Origin: Candidatus Methylacidiphilales bacterium
Lineage (GTDB): Bacteria; Verrucomicrobiota; Verrucomicrobiia; Methylacidiphilales; JANWVL01
Length of the DNA: 64,000 nucleotides
Direction of reading: 5' to 3'
NCBI GenBank assembly: GCA_025056655.1
Contig: JANWVL010000110.1
Coordinates: forward strand, 77,855-141,854
The notes under the pieces were generated by a model. The model was not told where the DNA came from. It ran no database searches and saw only the letters and a program-made list of their open reading frames with translations. Below, one piece after another: positions 47,269-56,883 of this stretch (the stretch's first letter is position 1; every line of letters starts with the position of its first letter). Both the position numbers and the translations under genes were made by a program.

Positions 47269-48501
47269 TTAGAGTTTTTCGAGTAGTAGGCCTTTGAGGT
47301 ATTCGGTTTCTGGGACGTTGATGAGGATGGGATGGTCTGAGGCTTGGGTGAGGCGAAGGCGTAGGCGTAGTTGACAGCGGGTGGAGGCGGCGGCGCGGTT
47401 GATCATTTTTTCCCAGAGTTCTGCGGTGATGTTGTGGGAGCAGCAGAAGGTGGCGAGGAGTCCGCCGGGGGCGAGGAGGCGGAGGGCGCGGCGGTGAATT
47501 TCGTGGTAGCCGCGTAGGGCGGATTGGATTTGGTCGGTGTTGCGGGTGAAGGAGGGGGGGTCGAGGATGATGAGGTCGTATTGTTTTTTTTCGTTTTCTT
47601 GTGTGGAGAGGGCGTCGAAGACGTTGGCGTTTTCGAATGAGATGTTGAATAGGTTGTTGCGGTTGGCGTTGGTGCGTGCGAGGGCGATGGCTTCTTCGGA
47701 TTGGTCTATGGCGTGAACGGATCGGGCGCCGTGTTGTGCGGCGTGTAGGCCGAAGGAGCCTTGGTTGCAGAAGCAGTCGAGGACGCGGCGGTCTTTGGCG
47801 TGTTGGGCGATGGTGAGGTAGTTGTGGAGTTGGTCGAGGTAGAAGCCGGTTTTTTGGCCTTCTAGGAGGTTGAGGTGGTATTCTATGCCGTGGAGTGAGA
47901 TGGGGGTGGGTGGGGTGTAGGTGCCGAGGGCGACGGATTTTTCGAGGGGTAGGCCTTCTCGTTGTCGGACTGGGGCGTCGTTGCGGATGATGATGCAGGT
48001 GGGTGAGAGGAGCTCGGTGAGGATTTCGATGATGAGGGGTTGGCGTTGGGCAAAGGCGAAGGTGAGGGTCTGGATGACGAGGTGGTCGTGGTAGCGGTCG
48101 ACGACGAGGCCGGGGAGGGAGTCGGATTCTGACCAGACGAGGCGTTCGGCTGGGGGGGGGGTGGGTTGTAGGGTGCGGCGGTATTGGATGGCTTTGCGGA
48201 TGGTGGTGGTGAGGAAGCTGCGGTCGAGGGCTTGGAGTTCGCGGGAGTAGCGGCGGAAGACGATGCGGGATTGGTTGTTGTAGATGCCGGAGCCGAGGAG
48301 TTGGCCTCGGGAGTCGTAGGCGGCGAGGTAGTCGCCGTTTTTGACGTTGCCTTCGATGCGGTCTATTTCGTTTTGGAATACCCATGGGTGGCCTTCGTAG
48401 ATTCGATGGGTGCCGCTTTTTCTGAGGAATAGTTTGGGGAAAGAGGAGGAGGGTGAGGAGGGGCTGGGGTTGGGTGAGGGGGGGGTGGGTTGGGAGGTCA
48501 T
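47269..48501 (-). CDS. rlmI: 23S rRNA m5C methyltransferase RlmI-like (PUA + class I SAM MTase)
   Basis: 410 aa with YEGHPWVFQNEI (PUA-type N-terminus), SAM motif I VLDCFCNQGSFGLHAA and motif IV DLIILDPPSF. Confidence 0.75.
   Translation of the reverse strand: MTSQPTPPSPNPSPSSPSSSFPKLFLRKSGTHRIYEGHPWVFQNEIDRIEGNVKNGDYLAAYDSRGQLLGSGIYNNQSRIVFRRYSRELQALDRSFLTTTIRKAIQYRRTLQPTPPPAERLVWSESDSLPGLVVDRYHDHLVIQTLTFAFAQRQPLIIEILTELLSPTCIIIRNDAPVRQREGLPLEKSVALGTYTPPTPISLHGIEYHLNLLEGQKTGFYLDQLHNYLTIAQHAKDRRVLDCFCNQGSFGLHAAQHGARSVHAIDQSEEAIALARTNANRNNLFNISFENANVFDALSTQENEKKQYDLIILDPPSFTRNTDQIQSALRGYHEIHRRALRLLAPGGLLATFCCSHNITAELWEKMINRAAASTRCQLRLRLRLTQASDHPILINVPETEYLKGLLLEKL
48152..48161. repeat. G10 homopolymer inside rlmI (encodes TPPPA)
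   Basis: Counted directly: g at 48152-48161, flanked by t on both sides. Confidence 0.95.
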
Positions 48502-48506
48502 AGTGT

Positions 48507-48530
48507 GGGGTTGGGTGTTTGGGTTTTGGG
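48507..48530 (+). other. Telomere-like G-quadruplex motif GGGGttGGGtgtttGGGttttGGG
   Basis: Read directly from the sequence. It lies in the 78-nt spacer just upstream of the rlmI start codon (48499-48501), on the template strand. The mRNA leader would read CCCAAAACCCAAACACCCAACCCC. Confidence 0.6.
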
Positions 48531-48579
48531 TTTTGGCAGTGTAGTGGTGGAGGTGATGTATGGCAAGGGGGTGGGAGGG

Positions 48580-49722
48580 TCAAGGTAAATGGAGGATGGG
48601 GATGATGTCATGGAGGGGTTGGAATGCGGTTTCGTGGATGTGGAGTTGGGTGTTTGCGTGTGCTTGGAGGTAGAAGTGTTGAAGGGTCCAGTAGGTGGTG
48701 TTGTTGTGGGATGCTTGTATCCAAAGGGCATAGGATCCGGGGAGGAGGAGGTTGGAGTCGGTGAGGTTGCTCCAGGTGAAGGTGCCGTCGGGGGAGATTG
48801 GGAGGTCGATGATCTTGTTTTTGGGTGGGAGGTTGCGGATGTCGTTGTTGAATTGTTCGTAGTAGGATTGGATTTGGGAGTTTGTGGAGATGAGTTTTTG
48901 GCGGATGGGGCGGAGCGCGTTTTCGGTTTGGTGGAGGGTGTTTTGGAGTTGTTCGAGTGTGGAGATGGTCTCGGTTTGTTGTTTTTTGATGGTTTCTGGG
49001 GTGTGGCGTGATAGTAGTTTGTTGCGTTTTTCTTGGAGGGTGCGTTTTTGGTCATTCCATTGGGTATCGTAGTTTTGCCAGATTTGGATGGCGCGTCGGA
49101 GCCAGTCTCTTTCTTCTTCGACATTTAGGTTAGGTGGGGGAGAGTAGAGGGAGAGGCGGAAGGCGGTGATGATTTTTTCGGCGGTGAGGGGGGATCGGGT
49201 ATCGAGGGTGACTTTGAGCTTTTGAATTTCGGCACGGCGGCGGATGACGTTGGCGAATTCTTCGAGGCGTTTGCGGTATTGTTGATCGAGTTGGAGTTCT
49301 TCGTTGTTTATTTCTTGGAGGGCAGAGGTGAGGAGGGCGTTGTCTGAGTCGAGGTTGAGTAGCTGGATTTGGAGTTCGGCGAGTTGGTTTTCGGTTTCTT
49401 CGATTTTTTGGACGGTCTCTCTGATGATTTTGCGGTAGTGGGAGATTTCTGTTTCGAGTTTGAATTGTTCACGCACGAGGGGGATAAGGATTTGGCGGTA
49501 TTGGAGGATGAGGGAGTCGAATTTCGATTGGATGGGGTGTAGGATGGTGACGTGGGTGGGGAGCTGGAGTTTGCGGAGGTAGATGTGGCCTGTGAGGCGC
49601 ATTTCGGATAGGCCGATGAAGAGGTAGTAGCCTAGGGCTAGTGTGGTGGTGAGCAGGAGGATGTAGGTGGTTTTTCTGAGTATTGTGGCATAGCGGCGCT
49701 GTTCAGGTGTGAGGAGTCGCAT
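48580..49722 (-). CDS. Hypothetical membrane-anchored coiled-coil protein (380 aa)
   Basis: It has an N-terminal TM (TTYILLLTTTLALGYYLFIGL), ~250 residues of coiled coil and a ~70-residue beta-like C-terminus. No family was recognised. Confidence 0.5.
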   Translation of the reverse strand: MRLLTPEQRRYATILRKTTYILLLTTTLALGYYLFIGLSEMRLTGHIYLRKLQLPTHVTILHPIQSKFDSLILQYRQILIPLVREQFKLETEISHYRKIIRETVQKIEETENQLAELQIQLLNLDSDNALLTSALQEINNEELQLDQQYRKRLEEFANVIRRRAEIQKLKVTLDTRSPLTAEKIITAFRLSLYSPPPNLNVEEERDWLRRAIQIWQNYDTQWNDQKRTLQEKRNKLLSRHTPETIKKQQTETISTLEQLQNTLHQTENALRPIRQKLISTNSQIQSYYEQFNNDIRNLPPKNKIIDLPISPDGTFTWSNLTDSNLLLPGSYALWIQASHNNTTYWTLQHFYLQAHANTQLHIHETAFQPLHDIIPILHLP

Positions 49723-49740
49723 TGGATGTGGGAGGGGAGC

Positions 49741-50085
49741 TTATTGTGGGGGTGGGGTGAGAGAAGATAACCACCATTGTTGGAAGCTCGGGCTGATTTC
49801 GTGCGGTGTGAGAAGGAGCCATTGGGGACAGGTGTAGGGATGGTGTCGGGTGAGGAGATCGTAGAGGGTATGGGCGAGTTTTTGGGTGGTTTTGAGGGTG
49901 ATGAGGATTTCTTCGGTTGAGGTGATTTTGTTTTCCCATGTGAAGTGGGATTCGATGTGGGGTATCAGGTGTGCGCAGGCGACGAGGCGTTGGGTGAGTG
50001 CGAGTTGGATAAATTGAACGGCTTGCGGGCGGTGGGAGGCTGGGTATGTGGTGATTGCCCAGCGGTATGGGTATGGTTCCTCCAT
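49741..50085 (-). CDS. cutA: Divalent-cation tolerance protein CutA
   Basis: LTQRLVACAHLIPHIESHFTWENKITSTEEILITLKTTQ...L...L...HPY..P matches the CutA1 core. The likely start is MEEPYPY (50085). The ORF track extends to 50148. Confidence 0.75.
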   Translation of the reverse strand: MEEPYPYRWAITTYPASHRPQAVQFIQLALTQRLVACAHLIPHIESHFTWENKITSTEEILITLKTTQKLAHTLYDLLTRHHPYTCPQWLLLTPHEISPSFQQWWLSSLTPPPQ

Positions 50086-50196
50086 GTGGGAATGGTAGTG
50101 GATGGGCTGGTGGGGGGCGAGTTTTTTTCTTATGGGTGGGGAGTGCACTTGATTGTGGGGATGGAGCGTGTTAATTCAAGTTGAGTTGTGTAGGTT

Positions 50197-51972
50197 ATGG
50201 ATGAAAAGCTTGTGTATTTGAGAGAGCCTTATGTTTATAAGCGGCGTGTAACACGCGCTGTGAGGGTGGGAAAAGTGCAGATAGGTGGGGGGGCTCCGAT
50301 TGTGGTGCAATCGATGTTGACATGCGATACGATGGACACGGCGAAGTGCGTGGAGCAGACGTTGGAGCTGGTGAAGGTCGGCTGTGAGGTGGTGCGAATT
50401 GCGGCGCCGACGGTAAAAGACGCTGCGAATTTGAGGAATATTAAGGAGGCGTTGCTAGCAAGGGGGTGTGATGTGCCAATCGTGGCGGATATTCATTTTA
50501 AGCCGGAGGCGGCTATGGAGGCGGCGCAGTGGGCAGATGGTGTGAGGATAAACCCTGGGAATTTTGCGGATAAAAAGAAATTTCAGGTGAGAGAGTATAC
50601 ACGGGAGCAGTATGAGGAGGAGTTGCAAAGGATTGAGGAGTGTTTTGCGCCTTTGGTGAAGTTGTGTCTGGAGCGTGGGATAGCGATGCGGATCGGCACC
50701 AATCATGGTTCGCTTTCGGATCGGATCATGAATTACTATGGTGATACGCCACTGGGGATGGTGGAGAGCGCTTTGGAGTATGCGCGGGTGGCGCGGAAGT
50801 ATGGTTATCACAATTTTGTTTTTTCGATGAAGTCTTCTAATCCGAAGGTGATGATTCAGGCCTATCGGCTTTTAGTTGCTAAGCTGGATGCGGAGGGGCC
50901 GGATTGGAATTATCCGTTGCATTTAGGGGTAACTGAGGCTGGAGATGGAGAGGATGGTCGAATTAAAAGTGCGATAGGAATAGGGTCGCTGTTAATGGAT
51001 GGGATTGGAGATACGATTCGGGTATCGTTGACGGAGGAGAGTGTGTATGAGATACCAGTTGGCAGAGCTTTGGTGGCGTGGGTGGAAAAGCTGCAGGCGA
51101 GTTGCGAAGGAGCTAAGATTTCGCCGCCGTTGGGATTTGATCCGTTTAGTTTTGAGCGGCGGGCGGTGCCGGTTTTCGAATTTAATGGGGTCAGGCTTGG
51201 AAAGGGTGAACCTGCTCGTGTGGTGGTGACAAGAGAGCAGAAAAGTATTTTAGAAAATCAGGGAAAAGGATTTGGAGAAACGCCGCCGGAGTTAGTGTTT
51301 GAGGAACTTAGACTGATCGAGGTTGATCCGGAGAACCGAGAAGAGATTGAGAAAGTAAATGCTCTTGCAGAAACGCATTTGATCACCGTGCCTGATGGTT
51401 GCAGGCTGAATCCTATCACCGCTTATCGGTTGCTAGATGCGCAGCTTGATAAGCGCCATGCGTTGTTGATTAAAGATACATTTAGACCACCGCAACCAGG
51501 AGTTGCTGAGGGGCTAGATCCCTTGGAAAGTTTGATCGCTGCGTCTGTCGTGATAGGGTCTTTAGTATGCGATGGGATTGGTGATGCGATCTGGGTGAGA
51601 AGCGAGCCTGGGGCCGGGGCTGCGTTGCGTTTAAGCTATAATATACTTCAAGCAGCGGGGAATCGCACATTTAAGACAGACTACGTCGCTTGCCCCTCAT
51701 GCGGGCGGACTTTATTTAATTTGCAAGCTACCACAGCTCGTATCAAGGCTGCGACGTCGCACCTCAAAGGAGTAAAAATAGCTATAATGGGGTGCATCGT
51801 AAATGGGCCAGGGGAGATGGCTGACGCTGACTTCGGGTATGTCGGGGGAGCGCCAGGGAAGATCAACCTCTATGTGGGCAAGAATCCAGTTAAATTTAAC
51901 ATTCCAGAAGAAGAGGCTGTGGATCGGCTTAAAGACTTGATCCGCGAGCATGGAAAATGGACTGATCCATAG
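50197..51972 (+). CDS. ispG: 4-hydroxy-3-methylbut-2-enyl diphosphate synthase, long form with insert domain
   Basis: 591 aa with an N-terminal TIM-barrel domain (VQSMLTCDT, RINPGNF) and a C-terminal Fe-S domain (ACPSCGRT ... GCIVNGPGE). A ~250-aa insert lies between them, as in the chlamydial/plant-type enzyme. Confidence 0.9.
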   Translation: MDEKLVYLREPYVYKRRVTRAVRVGKVQIGGGAPIVVQSMLTCDTMDTAKCVEQTLELVKVGCEVVRIAAPTVKDAANLRNIKEALLARGCDVPIVADIHFKPEAAMEAAQWADGVRINPGNFADKKKFQVREYTREQYEEELQRIEECFAPLVKLCLERGIAMRIGTNHGSLSDRIMNYYGDTPLGMVESALEYARVARKYGYHNFVFSMKSSNPKVMIQAYRLLVAKLDAEGPDWNYPLHLGVTEAGDGEDGRIKSAIGIGSLLMDGIGDTIRVSLTEESVYEIPVGRALVAWVEKLQASCEGAKISPPLGFDPFSFERRAVPVFEFNGVRLGKGEPARVVVTREQKSILENQGKGFGETPPELVFEELRLIEVDPENREEIEKVNALAETHLITVPDGCRLNPITAYRLLDAQLDKRHALLIKDTFRPPQPGVAEGLDPLESLIAASVVIGSLVCDGIGDAIWVRSEPGAGAALRLSYNILQAAGNRTFKTDYVACPSCGRTLFNLQATTARIKAATSHLKGVKIAIMGCIVNGPGEMADADFGYVGGAPGKINLYVGKNPVKFNIPEEEAVDRLKDLIREHGKWTDP

Positions 51973-52171
51973 AAAATGGGTATTGCAATTAAGATGCTGC
52001 CCCAGGATTAACGTGGTGAAGGGGCTTTCAACCCATACAATCAAGGTGGGAGCGTCTTGAACATGTCGTCCGTCTTCCTGTATGAGGCGTGACGTCGGAC
52101 AAGCCATCAGCCCCCATAAGGTTTACATCGGCAGAAAGACATTCTTCAATCAGCACGATTAACCCAGGGCA

Positions 52172-52187
52172 TGTGAATTAATTTACA
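52172..52187. promoter_or_regulatory. CRP/FNR-family-like palindrome TGTGA-attaat-TTACA
   Basis: Read from the sequence, with one mismatch to TGTGA-N6-TCACA. It lies ~80 nt upstream of the sufB start, with a possible TTTCTG-17-CATAAT promoter just downstream (~52198-52226). Confidence 0.3.
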
Positions 52188-52266
52188 TTCTCTCTTCTTT
52201 CTGCAAAGTTATTCTTGCGGCATAATCTTTGGTGGGTTTGACAACCGCTAAAAGTCGCATACGTTT

Positions 52267-53685
52267 TTGCACGTGAGCACTGAGACTCTTGATCTAAACA
52301 GCATAGACCAATCCAAAGGTGATTTTACTTATGACGTAAGATACACTTACGACGCGGGTCGAGGGCTTACTGAAAAAACAATAGATTATATTTGCGACGT
52401 CAAAAATGATCCTCAATGGATTCGAGAGTTCCGTCATCATGCTTTGAAAGTTTTTCTGTCGAAACCTACGCCGACACATTGGGCTAGCCGGGAGCTTGAG
52501 AAAATAGATTATGATGTTTTTCGCTATTATTTGTCTCAAGGGCCAAAGCCCAAGAAGAGCTGGGAAGAGGTGCCGGAAGAAGTCAAAAAAACATTCGAGC
52601 GGCTCGGCATACCAGAGCAGGAGCGTAAATTTTTAGCTGGGGTGGAAGCGCAGTTCGATAGCGAAGCTGCATACTCGAACATCAAAAAAGCTATCGAAGA
52701 CCAAGGAGTAATATTTGTCGGCAGCACTGAAGGTTTGCATGAATATCCAGACATTTTTCGGCCTTGGTTTAGCAAAGTCGTTCCCGTAGGAGATAATAAG
52801 TTTAGTGCGCTCAACTCGGCTGTCTTTAGCGGAGGAAGCTTTATTTATGTGCCTAAAGGTGTAAAGGTCAAACATCCTCTCCAGGCCTATTTTAGGATCA
52901 ACGCAGAACAGTTTGGTCAGTTCGAACGCACTTTGATCATCGCTGACGAAGGGGCTGAGGTCACTTACATGGAAGGCTGCACAGCTCCCAGGTTCAACAC
53001 GCCGACTCTGCATAGTGCGGTGGTAGAACTTGTCGCACTCAGGGGCGCAAAAATTCAATACATTACCGTGCAGAATTGGGCGCCAAATGTGTTCAATCTC
53101 GTTACAAAACGTGGCCTTGCACACGAGGAATCTGAGATCAAATGGATTGACTGCAACATCGGCTCGCGGCTGACTATGAAGTATCCTGGCGTCATCCTCA
53201 AAGGGCGTAAGGCGCGCGGAGAAGTGATATCAATCGCCTTAGCCAACAACGGCCAACATCAAGACACGGGTGCAAAGATGATACACGCTGCTGATGAGAC
53301 GACGTCGATTATTGTCTCCAAATCCATATCGATAGGTCAAGGTCGAGCCAGCTACCGAGGGTTAGTGAAGATTCCTAGCCATCTGAAAGGTTGCAAGAAT
53401 AACACAGAGTGTGATGCCCTGCTGATTAACACGAATTCTCGCACTGACACATATCCGGCGATCACTGTGCGGGGCGACAAAAACTGTGTCCAGCATGAAG
53501 CCAGCGTCAGCAAAGTAAGCGCTGAGCAAATTTTCTACATGCAGCAACGAGGCCTTACTGAAGCTCAAGCTATGAGTCTCTCGGTGAACGGTTTTGTTAA
53601 CGATCTTGTGCGTCAGTTTCCGATGGAATACAGCGTAGAGCTCAAACGACTGATAGACCTGGAAATGGAAGGTTCCGTCGGATAA
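52267..53685 (+). CDS. sufB: Fe-S cluster assembly scaffold SufB
   Basis: 472 aa with a non-ATG (TTG) start per the ORF track. It is SufB-like throughout (..[15 protein letters not shown].., ..[11 protein letters not shown].., ..[11 protein letters not shown]..). Confidence 0.9.
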   Translation: MHVSTETLDLNSIDQSKGDFTYDVRYTYDAGRGLTEKTIDYICDVKNDPQWIREFRHHALKVFLSKPTPTHWASRELEKIDYDVFRYYLSQGPKPKKSWEEVPEEVKKTFERLGIPEQERKFLAGVEAQFDSEAAYSNIKKAIEDQGVIFVGSTEGLHEYPDIFRPWFSKVVPVGDNKFSALNSAVFSGGSFIYVPKGVKVKHPLQAYFRINAEQFGQFERTLIIADEGAEVTYMEGCTAPRFNTPTLHSAVVELVALRGAKIQYITVQNWAPNVFNLVTKRGLAHEESEIKWIDCNIGSRLTMKYPGVILKGRKARGEVISIALANNGQHQDTGAKMIHAADETTSIIVSKSISIGQGRASYRGLVKIPSHLKGCKNNTECDALLINTNSRTDTYPAITVRGDKNCVQHEASVSKVSAEQIFYMQQRGLTEAQAMSLSVNGFVNDLVRQFPMEYSVELKRLIDLEMEGSVG

Positions 53686-53746
53686 GGGCACTCATTAATC
53701 AGGCTTTGAAAATTCCCCACTGCTAGCACATAGTGAGAATATAACT

Positions 53747-54703
53747 ATGTCTAGCAAGCCTTCTATTCCTGAAGTGACCGTGGGGCATTTCTACACACAG
53801 CACGCCGAAGCTCTCCAGCTCAAGCTACTAGCCGGCGCTGGTGGCCTAAATCGAGTTATAAAACAAGGAGCAGTAAATCGACCCGGACTCGCCCTTGCTG
53901 GGTTTTATGTTGATTTTGCACATGATCGTGTGCAAATCATCGGTCGCGCTGAGACGGCCTACCTCAAATCCCTCGGCGAAGATTTAAGCCGCGTTCGGCT
54001 TCGAGAACTATTCCGTCATAACATCCCATGTTTGATCTTCGCTCGATCTATCGTGCCTCCGAAGGTTGTGCTTGAAGAAGCTGAAGCAGAAAACATCGCT
54101 GTGTTTAGTTCGCCAATGACAACCTACCGCTTAGTCAACGCGGCAACAATATGTCTCGAAATGGATTTTGCACCGACTACAAGCGAGCACGGCAGCATGA
54201 TTGATATCCAAGGAATTGGCATTCTCGTGCGTGGAAAGAGTGGAGTTGGAAAAAGTGAATGCGTGTTGTCTCTTATCGAGAGAGGACACAGCATCGTCTC
54301 GGATGATATTACGCGCTTTAAGCTGATTGAAGGCCGCGAGTTGGTAGGAACGGCGTCCGATCTTACCAGATTCCACATGGAAGTCAGAGGACTCGGTATC
54401 ATTAACCTTGCGAGCATATTCGGGGTGCGTTCAATCAGATTAGAAAAAACATTGGACCTCGTCTGCACCCTGAAAGATTGGAATGAAGTCGAGAATATCG
54501 AACGAGTCGGCATGGAGACCGAATACTATGAAATTTTAGGCATCAAAGTCCCCCACGTTACAATACCTGTGCGTCCGGGGCGAGATTTGGCAAGCCTTGT
54601 CGAGGTAGCAGCTATGGATCAAAAGCTAAAGCGGATGGGACAAAATTCAGCAGTTGAATTTAACCAACGCCTCATTCAATCTATGAGCAAGCCCATACGG
54701 TAA
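53747..54703 (+). CDS. hprK: HPr kinase/phosphorylase
   Basis: 318 aa with the P-loop GKSGVGKSE and the HprK signature region SDDITRF....GLGIINL. Confidence 0.9.
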   Translation: MSSKPSIPEVTVGHFYTQHAEALQLKLLAGAGGLNRVIKQGAVNRPGLALAGFYVDFAHDRVQIIGRAETAYLKSLGEDLSRVRLRELFRHNIPCLIFARSIVPPKVVLEEAEAENIAVFSSPMTTYRLVNAATICLEMDFAPTTSEHGSMIDIQGIGILVRGKSGVGKSECVLSLIERGHSIVSDDITRFKLIEGRELVGTASDLTRFHMEVRGLGIINLASIFGVRSIRLEKTLDLVCTLKDWNEVENIERVGMETEYYEILGIKVPHVTIPVRPGRDLASLVEVAAMDQKLKRMGQNSAVEFNQRLIQSMSKPIR

Positions 54704-54709
54704 AGACCC

Positions 54710-55009
54710 ATGACATTTGCTATCCAGAACCTCGCTTCAGACAAAGCTGAGCTCCACATAGAGATCCAGAATAAGCTCGGCCTGCATGCCCGACCCGCGG
54801 CGATGTTTGTACGAGTGGCCAATCGTTTCTCTTCGGAAATCATCGTTGAAAAAGATGGCGAAGAAATCAACGGAAAAAGCATCATGGGCTTGATGCTCCT
54901 TGCTGCAGGCCAAGGTTCCAAGTTGAAAATTATTGCTACTGGCAAAGATGCGCACGAGGCCTTAAGAGCCCTGGGCGAAATCATCGAACGAAAGTTCGAC
55001 GAAGAATAA
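54710..55009 (+). CDS. ptsH: Phosphocarrier protein HPr
   Basis: 99 aa with the His-15 context GLHARPAAMFV and the Ser-46 context INGKSIMGLM. Confidence 0.9.
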   Translation: MTFAIQNLASDKAELHIEIQNKLGLHARPAAMFVRVANRFSSEIIVEKDGEEINGKSIMGLMLLAAGQGSKLKIIATGKDAHEALRALGEIIERKFDEE

Positions 55010-55022
55010 TCCCACCAAGCCT

Positions 55023-56786
55023 ATGCCTGAAAGCTCGCCGGCACAACTCACTCTTCGTGGGCGTGCCGCAGTGCCCGGAGTAGCCTTCGGCCCGATTGTC
55101 ATATTTCAGAGAGGCAAAAATATTGTTCGAAAACGAAAAATCACAGAAGACCAGATACCATCGGAAATCAATCGTCTTGAAGAAGCGATCCTCAAGACAC
55201 AACAAGAGATACGCAGGATCCATCAAAAAATGAAAGAAGCGACTTCACAGGAAGACGCAGCCATTTTTGATGCCCACCTGCTCTTCGTAGACGATGCCAT
55301 GATCATTGAAAACGTTAAGAGGCGACTTCGAGAAGAGTTGTTAAATATCGATTACATCTACCACGATGTCGCTCGACAATATGCAGAACAATTAGCTGCA
55401 ATGGACGATCCATACCTCAAAGATCGTGCAGCGGATGTTACTGACGTAAGTGGACGCGTCTTAGCCCACCTTAAGGGCGGATCCACAGGCTCGCAAATTT
55501 CTCTAGAAGCCCCCTCCATAGTTGTTGCTAACGACCTTCTCCTCACGGATCTCGCAGAGCTCGATCGATCGCTAGCTCTTGGAATCGCTACCGAACATGG
55601 CAGCTCTACATCCCACGTCGCCATCATGGCCCGCGCCCTCAATCTTCCAGCTGTAGTCGGTATCCGCGATCTTACTCAGCTTGTTTCCAATGCAGACTAT
55701 GCGCTCATAGACGGTCACGAGGGCCTTCTTATTCTTCATCCCACTCAGCAAACGCTTTTCGAGTATGGTCAACTCGAGCATCGCCGCCGCCTTTTCGAAG
55801 AAAGCCTCAAAACGCTTCGCGATCTCCCCGCGCAAAGCACAGACGGTCATACCATCATCCTCTCGGGGAATATTGAGCTACCTCAAGAAATTCCCCTCCT
55901 CAAAGAACAAGGTGCAGAAGGCATAGGGCTATATCGCACAGAATTTCTCTTTCTAAATCACGATCGGCTACCCACTGAAGAAGAACAATTTCAAGTTTAC
56001 AAATCGGTCGCCGCAGCAGTTAAACCTCATACCGTTATTCTTCGCACGCTCGACATCGGTGGAGATAAATCTATCCCCATCCCGCGGGCTACTGTCGATG
56101 CCAATCCATTCCTCGGATGGCGAGGGATACGCCTCGCTCTGGATTGCGAGGATGTCTTCGTCACACAGCTTCGCGCGATGGCTCGAGCTGCTATCGAAGG
56201 CAATATCAGCATAATGTTTCCTATGATTGCAGACATTCAAGAATTACGGCGTGCTAAAAAAATCTGGCATACCGTTCTCTCCGACTTGCAATCACAAGGA
56301 CTCATCGACGATCGTCACATCCCTTGTGGCATGATGATGGAGATCCCATCAGCAGCGCTGATGGCAGAGGTATTTGCTCCAGAAGTCGATTTTATCAGCA
56401 TCGGTACGAATGATCTCGTGCAATATACACTAGCAGTAGATCGGTTAAACGAACGCGTTGCCAATCTCTACCAACCTGCTCATCCAGCGGTCCTTCGTCT
56501 CATCAAACACATCATCGAAGCAGCTCATGCCGCTAAAATTTGGGTCGGCATCTGTGGGGAAGCAGCAGCCGATATCCGCCTGACACCTGTTTTTCTAGGA
56601 CTGGGAGTTGATGAACTAAGCATGGGCTCTGTATCCATCCCGCGCGTTAAAAAAGCAATTCGTTCACTCTCTCGAGAGACATTGCGCCCCTTATGCGATG
56701 AATGGCTTAAGCTTTCCACCGCACAGCAAGTGCTTCAGCAGCTCGAGGAAATTGCTCAGACCTACTACCCAGACCTGCTCGTCTAA
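55023..56786 (+). CDS. ptsI: Phosphoenolpyruvate-protein phosphotransferase (PTS Enzyme I)
   Basis: 587 aa with the phospho-His context GSSTSHVAIMARAL and a PEP-utilising C-domain (GLYRTEFLF, SIGTNDLVQYT). Confidence 0.95.
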   Translation: MPESSPAQLTLRGRAAVPGVAFGPIVIFQRGKNIVRKRKITEDQIPSEINRLEEAILKTQQEIRRIHQKMKEATSQEDAAIFDAHLLFVDDAMIIENVKRRLREELLNIDYIYHDVARQYAEQLAAMDDPYLKDRAADVTDVSGRVLAHLKGGSTGSQISLEAPSIVVANDLLLTDLAELDRSLALGIATEHGSSTSHVAIMARALNLPAVVGIRDLTQLVSNADYALIDGHEGLLILHPTQQTLFEYGQLEHRRRLFEESLKTLRDLPAQSTDGHTIILSGNIELPQEIPLLKEQGAEGIGLYRTEFLFLNHDRLPTEEEQFQVYKSVAAAVKPHTVILRTLDIGGDKSIPIPRATVDANPFLGWRGIRLALDCEDVFVTQLRAMARAAIEGNISIMFPMIADIQELRRAKKIWHTVLSDLQSQGLIDDRHIPCGMMMEIPSAALMAEVFAPEVDFISIGTNDLVQYTLAVDRLNERVANLYQPAHPAVLRLIKHIIEAAHAAKIWVGICGEAAADIRLTPVFLGLGVDELSMGSVSIPRVKKAIRSLSRETLRPLCDEWLKLSTAQQVLQQLEEIAQTYYPDLLV

Positions 56787-56829
56787 CCGCGACGATCCCC
56801 AGAAAATAACCCCATACGAAGGATTTCTA

Positions 56830-56870
56830 TTCAATCATTGCCACCACCAAAAATTCGAGCAATGATTCAA
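56830..56870 (+). terminator. Stem-loop ttcaatcattgc-N17-gcaatgattcaa between ptsI and the nucleotidyltransferase gene
   Basis: 12-nt arms with one mismatch, read from the sequence. Terminator or regulatory hairpin. Confidence 0.35.
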
Positions 56871-56883
56871 GTCTAATACCTCT

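Noticed and set aside
46583-48583. 666-aa ORF, the longest unexplained ORF in the track, Pro/Arg/His-rich.
   Set aside because: Only its last 219 codons (from the ATG at 47240-47242) look like a real protein. The upstream ~450 codons are an alternative frame of rlmI (47269-48501) on the same strand. They stay open because the C-rich sense strand is depleted in stop codons. The sequence there is pure low complexity (PRRPLPRPP...).
51973-52130. Possible SRP RNA or 6S RNA in the ispG-sufB spacer. The minus strand contains ...CAGGAAGACGGAC....
   Set aside because: It does not match the conserved SRP domain IV motif (GGAAGCAGCC context), and I cannot fold a convincing structure by eye. A covariance-model scan is needed.
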